In this document: one piece after another, positions 7,461-18,000 of the stretch | Layout of the letters: the number at the start of each line of letters is the position of its first letter | How positions within the stretch are numbered: position 1 is the first letter of the stretch | From: a virus | Taxonomy: Duplodnaviria; Heunggongvirae; Uroviricota; Caudoviricetes | Length of the DNA: 25,401 bases | Strand: one strand, 5' to 3' | IMG/VR virus record: IMGVR_UViG_3300033485_000006 | Coordinates: 1 to 25,401 of that record | The notes under the pieces: model-generated | Database searches by the model: none | The model's input: only the letters and a program-made list of their open reading frames with translations | What the model was told of the DNA's origin: nothing | Program-made: the position numbers and the translations under genes

Positions 7461-8618
7461 ATGGCTTTCTTAAATAAAGGTCGAAGTGCCGCTGTAGTTG
7501 AAGAGGTTTCATACGGTGCTGCTGCTCCTACGTTTCTAGATGCAAATTATGTTGACTTTACTGGTTGTGACTTATCAACCGCTATTGAACAACTTGAACG
7601 TGCTGTTATGCGTGACTCTATGGTAGACCTTGAGCCTTTGCTTGGTCAAGAAACTTCTAGTGGTTCTATCACAGTTGAAGTTAGTGGTGATAATGCTATT
7701 ACTGGTGTTAATGGTCACTTACTATATAAGAATGCTATTGGTAAATCATTGACTAAAACTGTAGCTACTACTGTTGGTGCTGGTATATATACTACAACTG
7801 TATTTGATGTAGTATCTGCTGCTGGCCTTGCTGTTGGTCAAGTTATTAAAGTTAATCTTGCTGTTGGTGTTGATGAGTACGTTACTATTAAAACTATTGC
7901 AACTAATACGTTAACTGTCGAACCAGCATTTAGTGCTATTCCAGATGCTGGTGATGCAGTTATTGGTCTTCAGACTTATATTCTACCAAAACCATCTGAT
8001 ACTGTCCCATCATTAGCTGTACGTGAGCACTTGAAACCACAAACAGGTACTACTATTGATTATGACTATCTTGGTGTTGTTGCTAGTGATGTTGCTCTAG
8101 CATATCCTGTTGCTAATATCGCAACTGCTGCATTTACATTGGCTGGTGCTGGATTTGTAGTTACTTCTCCTGGTTCAACTGTAACGTTACCATGTACTAT
8201 TGCTACACCTATTGTAGGTAAGAACGCAGTATTAAAAGTTATGGGTAATGCTTATACAGCTCAAGATCTTTCTATTAATGTTACATCTGACATCTCAGAT
8301 ATTAATAGTATTACTACTGATGGTATTAGTAATAAGCTAGGTACTAAGAAAACTGTAACTGGTACATTTAAAACTGAGTATGTTGGTTCAAGTAACTTTG
8401 CAACATTTAAAGCTGGGACTTCTGGTTCATTGATGCTTCAAGTACGTGATGGTGGAAAAACTTCACCTATGCTTCAAGTTGTCTATATGCCAGACGTTAA
8501 GTTCACTGAAGTAACTCGTAGTGAAGATGGTGGTATTCTTTATGATAATATCACATTCCAAGCTATGAGTCCTGACTGTCTAGCAAATGAACGTGCTCTA
8601 TCTATTGCATTCGCTTAA
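7461..8618 (+). CDS. Major tail tube protein with inserted beta domain
   Basis: 385 aa with highly expressed codon bias. N-terminal AVVEEVSYG..P, G.ITVE, VTGTFKTEY, VYMPDVKFTEV.RSEDGG are tube-protein patterns. Followed by a UUCG hairpin. Confidence 0.88.
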   Translation: MAFLNKGRSAAVVEEVSYGAAAPTFLDANYVDFTGCDLSTAIEQLERAVMRDSMVDLEPLLGQETSSGSITVEVSGDNAITGVNGHLLYKNAIGKSLTKTVATTVGAGIYTTTVFDVVSAAGLAVGQVIKVNLAVGVDEYVTIKTIATNTLTVEPAFSAIPDAGDAVIGLQTYILPKPSDTVPSLAVREHLKPQTGTTIDYDYLGVVASDVALAYPVANIATAAFTLAGAGFVVTSPGSTVTLPCTIATPIVGKNAVLKVMGNAYTAQDLSINVTSDISDINSITTDGISNKLGTKKTVTGTFKTEYVGSSNFATFKAGTSGSLMLQVRDGGKTSPMLQVVYMPDVKFTEVTRSEDGGILYDNITFQAMSPDCLANERALSIAFA

Positions 8619-8626
8619 TCTTTAAG

Positions 8627-8646
8627 ATTAGCCTTCGGGCTAATTT
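8627..8646 (+). terminator. UUCG stem-loop after the tail tube gene
   Basis: ATTAGCC-TTCG-GGCTAAT followed by TT; perfect 7-bp stem. Confidence 0.75.
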
Positions 8647-8689
8647 ATAAAGGCTAAGCCTCAATTAAAAGTAAATAAAAGGAAGTTAA

Positions 8690-9085
8690 ATGGCAATCGT
8701 CATAACAAAAAGTAAAGAGAACCTAAAGTATATCCCAGTTTCAGAACTAGAAGTTGAAAACCCATTCTGTGTTTATGTGAAACCCTTAACAACTAAAGAG
8801 TTACTATTATTGGAGGACCGTGTAGTATCTCGTGTAGATGATGCTATTAGTTTTTCTATGGGAGCGTTTGCATTTAACGTATGTAAAGCCTCTATTGTAG
8901 GTTGGGAAAATATTAATGATGTGGAAGGTAATCTATTAGATTTTAAAAAGTCTGCTGATGGTTTACCACTTGATAGTACTATTAGTGCTATTGGTGCTGA
9001 GTTTATTCAAGAAGTTTCAAATGTTATTGCGGCTATCTCTCGTGATAGTTCTAAAATTAGCGTCTTCTTCCCAGAAGAAAAGTAA
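8690..9085 (+). CDS. Tail assembly chaperone (gpG-like)
   Basis: 131 aa after the tube gene. VKPLT.KE...LED and CKASIVGWENI.D..G patterns. Confidence 0.8.
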   Translation: MAIVITKSKENLKYIPVSELEVENPFCVYVKPLTTKELLLLEDRVVSRVDDAISFSMGAFAFNVCKASIVGWENINDVEGNLLDFKKSADGLPLDSTISAIGAEFIQEVSNVIAAISRDSSKISVFFPEEK

Positions 9086-9096
9086 AAAGGAAACGT

Positions 9097-9768
9097 ATGC
9101 TATACAGTAATTATTATAGGGCTGTATGGTATATCCCCCAATCTGAACGTGAGAGTGTTAAACCAGCATCGTTCCTCATTCAATCTCCCCCATATAAATT
9201 ATATTTACAAATAGGTAATCCACTCAATATTCCAGGAGTTATTCCAGAGAATATTGATGAGTTGTTACTAACTACTTGTATTAAATCTTCATACAATGTC
9301 AAGAATCTATCAGACTATTCTGAATTAACAGAAGAAGTAAGACAGGATATTATACAAAGTATTATTGGATTATTTTATCCTGATAGTGAATTTATGGAAA
9401 GCTTAGAATTTTCTTTAGACTCATCACTTGATGAACGATTCTCTAATGAAACTTGGAATTGTGCTAAGTGTCAGGAAAAAGGTCTTGATAAGCAAAGGAA
9501 TTGTCCAATGCGAGATAAGGCTGAGTACCATGATGATAGTTATAGTATTACTATAGGTGATGTTGAGTACAGTGAGTGTCCTATGCCAAAGAAAGACATG
9601 GAGTTACTCCATCAGGCATTTGATGCATACCGTATATATGATTCTGGATTTTTACCTGAGGTTGGCGCCTATGGTGACCAACCATTATTATTTTGTATTC
9701 TTGCTCAGAGAGTAAAAGATAAGCTTAAAAGTTATGAGCAAAAAGCATTAGATAAAGCTAAGTCGTAA
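9097..9768 (+). CDS. Second tail assembly chaperone: diverged G-like N-domain plus Cys4 gpT-like C-domain
   Basis: Own SD (AAGGA 9087-91). CAKC...NCP...ECP and GFLPEVGAYGDQP resemble gpT-type chaperones. The N-terminus echoes the upstream gene (YIP.SE.E...P). Confidence 0.65.
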   Translation: MLYSNYYRAVWYIPQSERESVKPASFLIQSPPYKLYLQIGNPLNIPGVIPENIDELLLTTCIKSSYNVKNLSDYSELTEEVRQDIIQSIIGLFYPDSEFMESLEFSLDSSLDERFSNETWNCAKCQEKGLDKQRNCPMRDKAEYHDDSYSITIGDVEYSECPMPKKDMELLHQAFDAYRIYDSGFLPEVGAYGDQPLLFCILAQRVKDKLKSYEQKALDKAKS

Positions 9769-9811
9769 GGTTAGCAAAAGGTAAATCAGCAGATTAACTA
9801 AAGGAATCCTT

Positions 9812-12800
9812 ATGGCAATTGGGGTAAATACTGAGAACTTAGACGTTTTAATTACAGCTAAACTTAGCATCGACGAGTATAATAAAAACTTAAAGTCACT
9901 ACAACAAAAAGTAGAAGCTACTACTAAAGACCTTAATACTGCTAACGAAAAAATTGAGTATATTAATAAGAAGAATGTTAAGGTATTAACTGAAGGTGCT
10001 AAAGAATCTTTAGATAGGCAGAAGTCTCTTATATTAGCAGCTCAAAAGAGTCTCAAATTATATGAGTCACAAACATATGAATTAGAAAAACAATTAGTTT
10101 TTGTTAAAAGACTAGCTGCTGCTAAACAAGCTGAAAAGGTTGATAGAGTAGTTGGACCTAGAGTAACCGATTGGACTAATGAATCCGATATGGTAGCTCA
10201 GAATAAGGCTGCGTTAAAACAAATAGCCTCTGATAATCAAGCTGCTAGGGCAAAAGAATTAGCTAACCTAAAGCGTGATATTATTGAAAGAGCAGCAGTA
10301 CAGGCTAAACAAACTTCACAGGGTTATGGTTCTTTTGGAGCTAGCACTATTAATACAGCGACTAGAAATACTGGAAGTTTTACTAGTGTTAGCATGGGTA
10401 GTGGTAAGGCAATTGCTGATGAACGTATAGCTCAGAATAAGCGTCTTGAAGAATCAATGAAGCAACTAGATAATACTAGTAAAAATACATTCCCGCATAA
10501 AGTTAGTACTACAGCACAATATATGGCTGCTGGGGCTATAATTAGTGGTATAGCTACTAGTATCTATGGTACAGTTACAGCTATTATGGAATCAGATAAA
10601 GCCTTTAATATGTTTCAAGGTATTCTTGAAATGTCTGCAAAAGAGGCTAAGGGTTTACAAAAAGATATTTTTGCTATCGGTACTGCTTATGGTGGTTCGA
10701 TATCTGACCTTAATGAATCTGCATTGGCACTTGGACGTGCTGGTTTAAAAAGTAATGAATTAGCTAGTGCTTTGAAAATAGTATCACAAGCTTCCTTAGT
10801 ATCTGGTGATTCTCTAGCTAGTGTTACCGAATTACTTGTTTCTTGGAAAACAGTACATCCAGAAGAAACTATTGCACACCTTGGTGATATGATGGTTAAA
10901 GTTGCGAATGACTCATTAGCGTCATTTGATGACTTTAAAACTATGACTAACTATTTATTAACCTCAACAGAAACTATGGGAATGAGTGCTAAGTCTACTA
11001 TCGCACTTGCTGGTGCTTGGAGAAATCTTGGTAAAGGTGCTAGTACAACTGGTACTGAAATTCGTAGATTTATGGACCAAGTTAGTAATGGTTCTGATGA
11101 AGTAAATAAAGCTTATGGTGCTATGGGTATAAATCTAGATAAAGTACAAAAAGGTTTAGCTCAAGGTGGGAAAGTAGCAGAAGCTACTATGATTCAAATA
11201 TATAGAAATCTAGCAGAAGCTACTAAATTACACCCAGCAGCAGCTGCTGAGGCTTCTGCTAAACTACAAACACTTGATAAAGCTACTTTTAATTCTAATA
11301 TTGCTCTTTCTAAACAAGTAGAAATTAGCCAAGGTGTTATGGGTACAGCCTATGAAAAAATGGTTACATCTGCTGAGAATTCATCTGGTGCGTTAGAGGC
11401 GGCTAATAAGAAAATTATTGTATCTTATTCAGTACTTGCTGAAAGAATTAAGAATACTCTTGTTGCGGGAGTATCGACATTTGCTGATAGTTTTAAAGAT
11501 GGATTTATAGGTGCTGGTACAACTGTCGGTGATTTAGACGCAAAGATTGAAGAATTCAATGTTACATTTAGTAATGCTATGAAATCTATGGGTGAAGCTG
11601 CTGGTTGGGCTGCAAGTAAATTAGCACCAATTGTTTCACATATTGATGACATTATATTAGCCTATGGATTATGGAAAGGATTAGTTTTAAGTGGTTCTAT
11701 AGTACAGGCACTCGGACTAATTACAACTTCTATTCTTGAAGCTAAAGCAGCACAAGTAGCATTTAATCTTGCAGCGTATAAGAACCCTTATATTATTGCT
11801 GGTGCAGCTATAGTAGCTGGTGTCGTGTATATGCGAGACCAATTAAATAGTGCTGAGGATGATGCTAAACGTATTTATGATAGGCAAGAAAAAGCCGCTA
11901 AGGAACAATCTGACTATTATAAAACTACTGATGGCCAAGCTGTAAAATTAGGTAATAATTTAATATCACTTAATAAGACATTAATAGCATTAGAGGCACA
12001 GAAACTTAAAGTTGGTAAAGAGCAGAATGCACAACTAGATAAACGAATAGCTAGTACTAAGACTATTATAACTAATAATGAAAAAGCTCTCGCAGCATTA
12101 TCTGGGGTTAAAACTACTGGGACTAAGAAGATTGGAACAGTAGATTTATCAGGGACCGCTGCTAGTAAAAAAGAACCTAAGGGTCTTGATAAACAAGCTA
12201 GAGAATTATTTAATGTTTCTCAAGGTGCAGCAAAATTAGCTGAGGAAACTTACTTTGTAAATAGTAATATTACCTCACAATTAGAACAACAACGTTATCA
12301 TGTAACTAATACAATTCCACAAATGCAAAAAGGGTTATCCCTTATTCGTGATAAAGAGTTACGTGAAATAGAAGCTAATAAGCTACAACTAGATAGACAG
12401 AAGACTCTAAATGACTCACAGGCTATTGAGAAAGCAATACTACTAGAAAATAGTAAACGTATAGATGCTCTTAGTATTGAACTAGAACTTGCTGGTAATA
12501 TTTCTGATTTACGAAGAATTGAATTGGCAGACCAACAGAGACTGCAAACTGCTAGTGAAAACTATATGAAGACTATTAGTTCAATCGGTAGTGATGAGAA
12601 ATTATCAACTGAACAAAGAGCTAAGAATAAAGAACTTAGAGATAGTGCGTTAGTAGTTTTAGAAAAAGAAGTTGTAGTATCTACTAAGCTTACAGGTATA
12701 CAAAAAGAACAACTTAAGATTAAAGAAGACGCGTATAAATTTGCATTAGATACTGCTGCTTTAGGGCTACAAATTCTACAGGCTACTACGGGTGAACAGC

Positions 12801-13624
12801 AGATTAAACTTGAGCAATTAAAAATTGAACGGGATATGCAGGCTGAGATTCTTAAGATTCAACAAGAAGCCAAAAAGAATAATACTAGTGGTTCTATTGA
12901 AGAAAAGAAAGCAGTACAAAATGCTAAAGATAAGGCTGCGTATGAGAAAGCACATGTAAGTGGCGCTGAGACATATAACCAATTACTTACTGAATCTAAT
13001 GTCGCTTTTGAGCGTAATAATACAACTGCCAAACAATTTATGCGTATTACTGATGATGGAATTCAAGCTATGACTTCTGGCCTTACCACCTTCTTTGACA
13101 GAAATGCTGAGGGTTATGGTAAATGGGCTACTCTTAGAGATACAATGACTAAGCAGATAATAGAGAGTTTGATGAGAGAATTAGTAATTAATCAAATGAT
13201 TGCTGCTGTAAAAATGGGTATGTCTGCTGCATCTGGTGGGTTATCTAGTCTATTCATGGCTAAGGGTGGTATAACTAATTATGAAGCTAAAGGTGATGTT
13301 AACTATCTTGCTAAAGGTGGTTATGCTAATAGCATAGTTAAGAAACCAACCTATGTTGCTAAAGGTACAATTGCTGGTGAGGCTGGTGCTGAGGCTGTGC
13401 TACCACTACAAAGAGACTCCCAAGGTAGACTAGGAGTTAACGCTGGAAGCGGTGGTTCAGGTACTTCTCAAAATATAACTATTAGTATCAAAAATGAGGC
13501 GGGAGAAGAACTTAAAGTTACCCAATCAGAAGCCAGAACAGATATGTCTGGAATGGTAATTGATATTGTACTAGATGCTATTAATCGTAACAAAAGGGGA
13601 ATGAGAGATGCTGTACGTGGATAA
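9812..13624 (+). CDS. Tape measure protein
   Basis: 1270 aa, Ala-rich and helical, with a TP901-type core (aa ~250-480), hydrophobic mid segments and a lambda-like C-terminus (AKGG...GEAGAEAVLPLQRDSQGRLGV). Confidence 0.95.
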   Translation: MAIGVNTENLDVLITAKLSIDEYNKNLKSLQQKVEATTKDLNTANEKIEYINKKNVKVLTEGAKESLDRQKSLILAAQKSLKLYESQTYELEKQLVFVKRLAAAKQAEKVDRVVGPRVTDWTNESDMVAQNKAALKQIASDNQAARAKELANLKRDIIERAAVQAKQTSQGYGSFGASTINTATRNTGSFTSVSMGSGKAIADERIAQNKRLEESMKQLDNTSKNTFPHKVSTTAQYMAAGAIISGIATSIYGTVTAIMESDKAFNMFQGILEMSAKEAKGLQKDIFAIGTAYGGSISDLNESALALGRAGLKSNELASALKIVSQASLVSGDSLASVTELLVSWKTVHPEETIAHLGDMMVKVANDSLASFDDFKTMTNYLLTSTETMGMSAKSTIALAGAWRNLGKGASTTGTEIRRFMDQVSNGSDEVNKAYGAMGINLDKVQKGLAQGGKVAEATMIQIYRNLAEATKLHPAAAAEASAKLQTLDKATFNSNIALSKQVEISQGVMGTAYEKMVTSAENSSGALEAANKKIIVSYSVLAERIKNTLVAGVSTFADSFKDGFIGAGTTVGDLDAKIEEFNVTFSNAMKSMGEAAGWAASKLAPIVSHIDDIILAYGLWKGLVLSGSIVQALGLITTSILEAKAAQVAFNLAAYKNPYIIAGAAIVAGVVYMRDQLNSAEDDAKRIYDRQEKAAKEQSDYYKTTDGQAVKLGNNLISLNKTLIALEAQKLKVGKEQNAQLDKRIASTKTIITNNEKALAALSGVKTTGTKKIGTVDLSGTAASKKEPKGLDKQARELFNVSQGAAKLAEETYFVNSNITSQLEQQRYHVTNTIPQMQKGLSLIRDKELREIEANKLQLDRQKTLNDSQAIEKAILLENSKRIDALSIELELAGNISDLRRIELADQQRLQTASENYMKTISSIGSDEKLSTEQRAKNKELRDSALVVLEKEVVVSTKLTGIQKEQLKIKEDAYKFALDTAALGLQILQATTGEQQIKLEQLKIERDMQAEILKIQQEAKKNNTSGSIEEKKAVQNAKDKAAYEKAHVSGAETYNQLLTESNVAFERNNTTAKQFMRITDDGIQAMTSGLTTFFDRNAEGYGKWATLRDTMTKQIIESLMRELVINQMIAAVKMGMSAASGGLSSLFMAKGGITNYEAKGDVNYLAKGGYANSIVKKPTYVAKGTIAGEAGAEAVLPLQRDSQGRLGVNAGSGGSGTSQNITISIKNEAGEELKVTQSEARTDMSGMVIDIVLDAINRNKRGMRDAVRG

Positions 13625-13644
13625 TAAAATATTAGGAGAAACAT

Positions 13645-13998
13645 ATGGCAGCTTTTCCATTACCAAGTAATAATCCACTAGCTCCTGAGCCTCGTCTTGG
13701 GTCTAGTGATAAGAAATCAATAGGTATAACTAAGAGTGCATTTGAAGCAAACTATCTACAGGTTCGTAGAACATCTACTAGAAGTCGTAAGGCTTTTCAA
13801 CTAGAATATCCAACACTAACATTAGCTGAATTTGCAATATTAGAGACATTCTTTGATGCTAATATTGGTACAGTATTTAGTTTTACACATCCAGTAGAAT
13901 TAGTAACCTATCAAGTAACTTTCGCCTCTGGTGATTTAGAAAAAACATATAAAAGTTATGGTATTGTAGATACTAAGATTATGTTAGAATCAATTTAA
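13645..13998 (+). CDS. Distal tail protein, lambda gpM-like
   Basis: 117 aa after the tape measure. FE.NY.QVRR...R....L.Y..LT..E...LETFFD...G..F.FT.P pattern. Confidence 0.8.
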   Translation: MAAFPLPSNNPLAPEPRLGSSDKKSIGITKSAFEANYLQVRRTSTRSRKAFQLEYPTLTLAEFAILETFFDANIGTVFSFTHPVELVTYQVTFASGDLEKTYKSYGIVDTKIMLESI

Positions 13999-14017
13999 TT
14001 TAACAAAAGGAAATACT

Positions 14018-14647
14018 ATGGCTTTATCACTTACTGCAATTGAAGAGAAAAATAAGTTAGGTACTGATAGTGTATTTCATATATTACTAGAAATATTAAT
14101 TCCTGGGGTTGCCCCAGTTACTATAACTAATAATGGGAGTAATGTTACATGGAACTCTAAGGAATGGTTAGCTTTTCCATTTGAAATATCCGAATTAAAT
14201 GAAGAGGCCTCTGGTGAAGTTCCACAATGGACTCTTTCAATTGATAACAGACAAAGAGTTATTGAGAAATACCTATCTGATTACGACCAGTATTTGAAAG
14301 TTAATGGTATTGATGGAAACCAAATTAAATGTAACTGCTATATCGTTAATAGTAAGGATTTACTTAATACTAGTCCAATTAAAGAAGTATACTTTGAGTT
14401 ATCACAACCATCCACAACTTTTGAAACAGCAACTTTTATATTAACTGCTGATAGCCCATTTAATATTATTGTACCTAAACGTAGATTTATTAAACAATAT
14501 TGTTATTGGAAATTTAAGGGTATTGAATGTGGATATGCTGGTACAGCTACTACATGTAATAAATCATTATTGCAGTGTAAGTCATATAATAATTCTAGTA
14601 GATTTGGTGGATTTCCAGGTGTTGGTATTGGTGGTATACGTCTATGA
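14018..14647 (+). CDS. Tail tip protein, lambda gpL-like, with C-terminal 4-Cys (4Fe-4S) motif
   Basis: WLAFPFEI, then C-YWKFKGIE-C-GYAGTATT-C-NKSLLQ-C...RFGGFPG, which is the gpL signature. Confidence 0.88.
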   Translation: MALSLTAIEEKNKLGTDSVFHILLEILIPGVAPVTITNNGSNVTWNSKEWLAFPFEISELNEEASGEVPQWTLSIDNRQRVIEKYLSDYDQYLKVNGIDGNQIKCNCYIVNSKDLLNTSPIKEVYFELSQPSTTFETATFILTADSPFNIIVPKRRFIKQYCYWKFKGIECGYAGTATTCNKSLLQCKSYNNSSRFGGFPGVGIGGIRL

Positions 14648-15045
14648 TACAGTTTGAAAAGTATATAGGTATTCCATTTGAAGACCGTGGACAATCTATG
14701 GAATCTTCAGATTGTTACGGATTAGTACGCCTAGTTTATAAACAGGAATTAGGATTAGTTATACCAGAATTTAATAGTTCTTGTGCAGATACACGTAGAA
14801 TATTCTCTGACTATTTAAAACAGATATCTGAGCATTGGGATTTAGTTACAGAAGAGACAAAACCATTTGATGTAATTGCTATGGCATATGACCATGACCA
14901 CCCAAAAATTGTGCAACATTTTGGTATTTATATCGGTAATGGTATGATGTTACAAACACTTAAAGGTATTGGTGCTTTTACTATTAAAGTATCTGAGTAC
15001 CAACATTATGTAAAAGGAATTTATAGATGGAGAGCATCCACTTAG
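14644..15045 (+). CDS. NlpC/P60 tail tip protein (gpK C-domain-like, no JAB domain)
   Basis: YIGIPF..RG....DCYGLVRLVY (catalytic Cys) and QHFGIYIGNG (His). The usual third His is Gln (MLQT). Confidence 0.88.
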   Translation: MIQFEKYIGIPFEDRGQSMESSDCYGLVRLVYKQELGLVIPEFNSSCADTRRIFSDYLKQISEHWDLVTEETKPFDVIAMAYDHDHPKIVQHFGIYIGNGMMLQTLKGIGAFTIKVSEYQHYVKGIYRWRAST

Positions 15046-18000
15046 AAGGTAATCAAGTATTAATTCCTGAAGTTATTACTACAGAATTAGTTACGCATAA
15101 TGACCCATTTAACCCATCGGATATTTCTGTACTTATAGTTAATCCTGGCATATCTTGTTATTCATTACTAGAGAATTATAAATATGATATAGAGTACTAC
15201 GATATAGTTATATCTAGGAATCAAGAGATTATTGATGTTGATTTTATTGTAGAAAAAGGTGATATTGTTAGTTTACTTCTAGTACCTAAAGGTGGGGGTG
15301 GTGGAGCTAAAACTATGATACTTGGTGCTATCATCACTATTATTGGTGCTGTACTTTTTTATACTGGAGTAGCGGCACCATTAGGGGTAATGATGATGAA
15401 AGTAGGTGTAGGTATGATGCTTTCAGGGGCATTAATGAGCCTATTCCCACCTACTGTTCCTACAACAATGCCAGGACTTAGTAGTTATGACCAATCAACA
15501 ACTTATGGTTGGAATGTACAAGGTAACTCTATCGCACAAGGTAATTCGGTACCAATTCTATATGGCACTATGAAAATAACACCGCAATATATCGGTAAAT
15601 ACCTAGAGGTATCAAATAATAATCAAATATTAAAAATTTTATTAGGACTAGGTGAAGGACCATTTGATAATATCACAGAAATAACTGTGAATGATACTCC
15701 TATTAGTTCATTTAGTGATACCTATCATGAATATCGTTTAGGTACCAATAACCAAACAGTTATATCTGATTTTAATGATACTTGGTCTGACCAAGGAATT
15801 AGTAAAAAACTTACTAATACTAGTACATGGTCATATGCATTAACATCAGGTGACGCAGTCACTTCTTTAGGTGTTGGTATATCTTGTCCACAAGGACTAT
15901 ATTATGCGAATGATACTGGTGGTATGGATAGTTACTCAGTATATATAGATGTTGAATATAGACCAGTTGGTGGTGTATGGGCTAATCTATTAGATAGCGG
16001 TTACGTAGTAGATACAATGTTTTATTATGTAGACCAAAATCCAACTGTAGGTGTTAATTATGGTACTTTCTGGTATAACCCAGGAGTTTATGCTGATGCT
16101 ACTGGACCATATGATGTATATGCACAACAGATAGTTGGTAAGTATAGTAGTCAACCATCAACAACTCCAATATTTATGGGTACAGTCACTACACTACCAG
16201 CTGATGTGACTGGTAGAGCACTTTTTATGGGGCAAAATGCTTGGGCTGTTACTAGACGTTATAGTGCTTCAAGTTATTTTACTATTACTGGAAATCAACC
16301 ATCTGCTATTCGTAGAACATTTAAGGCTACTGGTTTACCACCAGCACAGTATGAGGTACGTGTAAGATTTTATCAAAACCCTGCTACTAGTAGCAGATAC
16401 GGTTCAGCCACATATTTTGAAGCGCTACAAGAAGCTATTTCTGATGATTTTACTTATCCAAATACAGCTTTACTTGCTCTAAGTATGAAGGCAACTGACC
16501 AGTTAAGTGGGGGTTTTCCTAAAGTTACGTGTATAGCATCTAGAACTACTGGAACTTATGGTAGATTAGATAATCCAGCTTGGGCTGCTATGGATTTACT
16601 TATGAATAGTAGATATGGTGCTGGGATTCCTTTAAGTCGTATTGATTTTCAAGTATTCAGCGACTGGGCGACATATTGTAATACTGAGGGTTTTACAATT
16701 AATATGTATATTGACCAGTCATTATCTTTAGTACAGAATCTACAACTCATAGGGCAACTAGGCCGTGGTAGAATTATACAATATGGTTCTACATTTTCTG
16801 TAATTGTTGATAAACCAAATATTATACCAACTCAGGGTTTCTTATTTTCAATGGGAAATATTATCCAGAATTCATTTTCTGAAGTATTTTTGCCACTTAA
16901 AGATAGAGCTAATGCAGTAGAAGTCACCTATTATGATGCGAATAATGACTATGAAAGAACAACTATAGAAGTTACTCAAGGTAACTATGACTTAGTTAAT
17001 ATCGTTAATAAAGTACAATTAAACCTTCTTGGGTGTACATCTAAAGAACAAGCTCTTAGACAAGCTAAATATCATCTTAACCAAAATCGTTATCTAACTA
17101 TTACCTCAACTTGGGAAGCATCAATTGATTCTATCCATTGTAAAGTTGGGGATATTGTTAATGTGGCCCATGATGTACCACAATGGGGTTACTCAGGGCG
17201 TATTACTAATAATACTACAAATACTATAACTGTCGATAGAAATGACTTAGTAATGGAGGTTGGTAAGACTTATTATATTCAAGTATCTAATAGTAATACT
17301 GATGAGCAAGTATATGTTCCAATTACTAGTGTACTAGGTGATGTATTAACAACTTCTAGTACATTAGGTGTACTTGGAGCTTACTCTGTATATTCTTTTG
17401 GTGAAGTTGATAGGCATGCAAAGAAAATGCGTGTACTTTCTATTAGTACTGCTGGGGATTTAAAACGTAAAATTACAGCTGTAGAATATAATGAGAACGT
17501 CTATAATGATGCTGTGGCTATTCCAGCACCACTACAGGTTCAAGACCTAAGAACTAAAGACTTGGTTGCTAGTGAATATATGAGAATAATTACTGGTGGT
17601 GCAATTGATACAGTCGTACAACTATCATGGAAAGGCGCTGCTCTTAATTATAACGTTAGTTATAGATTATTAACTGAAACGTCATTTACCTCTGCTGGGA
17701 TAGCTCGAACCACCTCTACGGAAATCTATGGACTTATTGAGGGTGAATTATACGAGTTTATGGTTGATGGTATTACCACTCAATATAGAGTTCTTGGTAA
17801 AACTACTCCACCAGATCCAGTGATTAACCTAGTTGGTTCAGAATTTTCTAATACATTTAAACTATCATGGGATTATCCATATATTCCTGTAGACTTTAAT
17901 CATTTTGAGATTTATGCTGATGGTGTACTTCTAGGAAGTAGTATTACTACTAGTTTTTCTGAGTATATTCCAACTATTAAATCTGTATCATTTACAGTAG

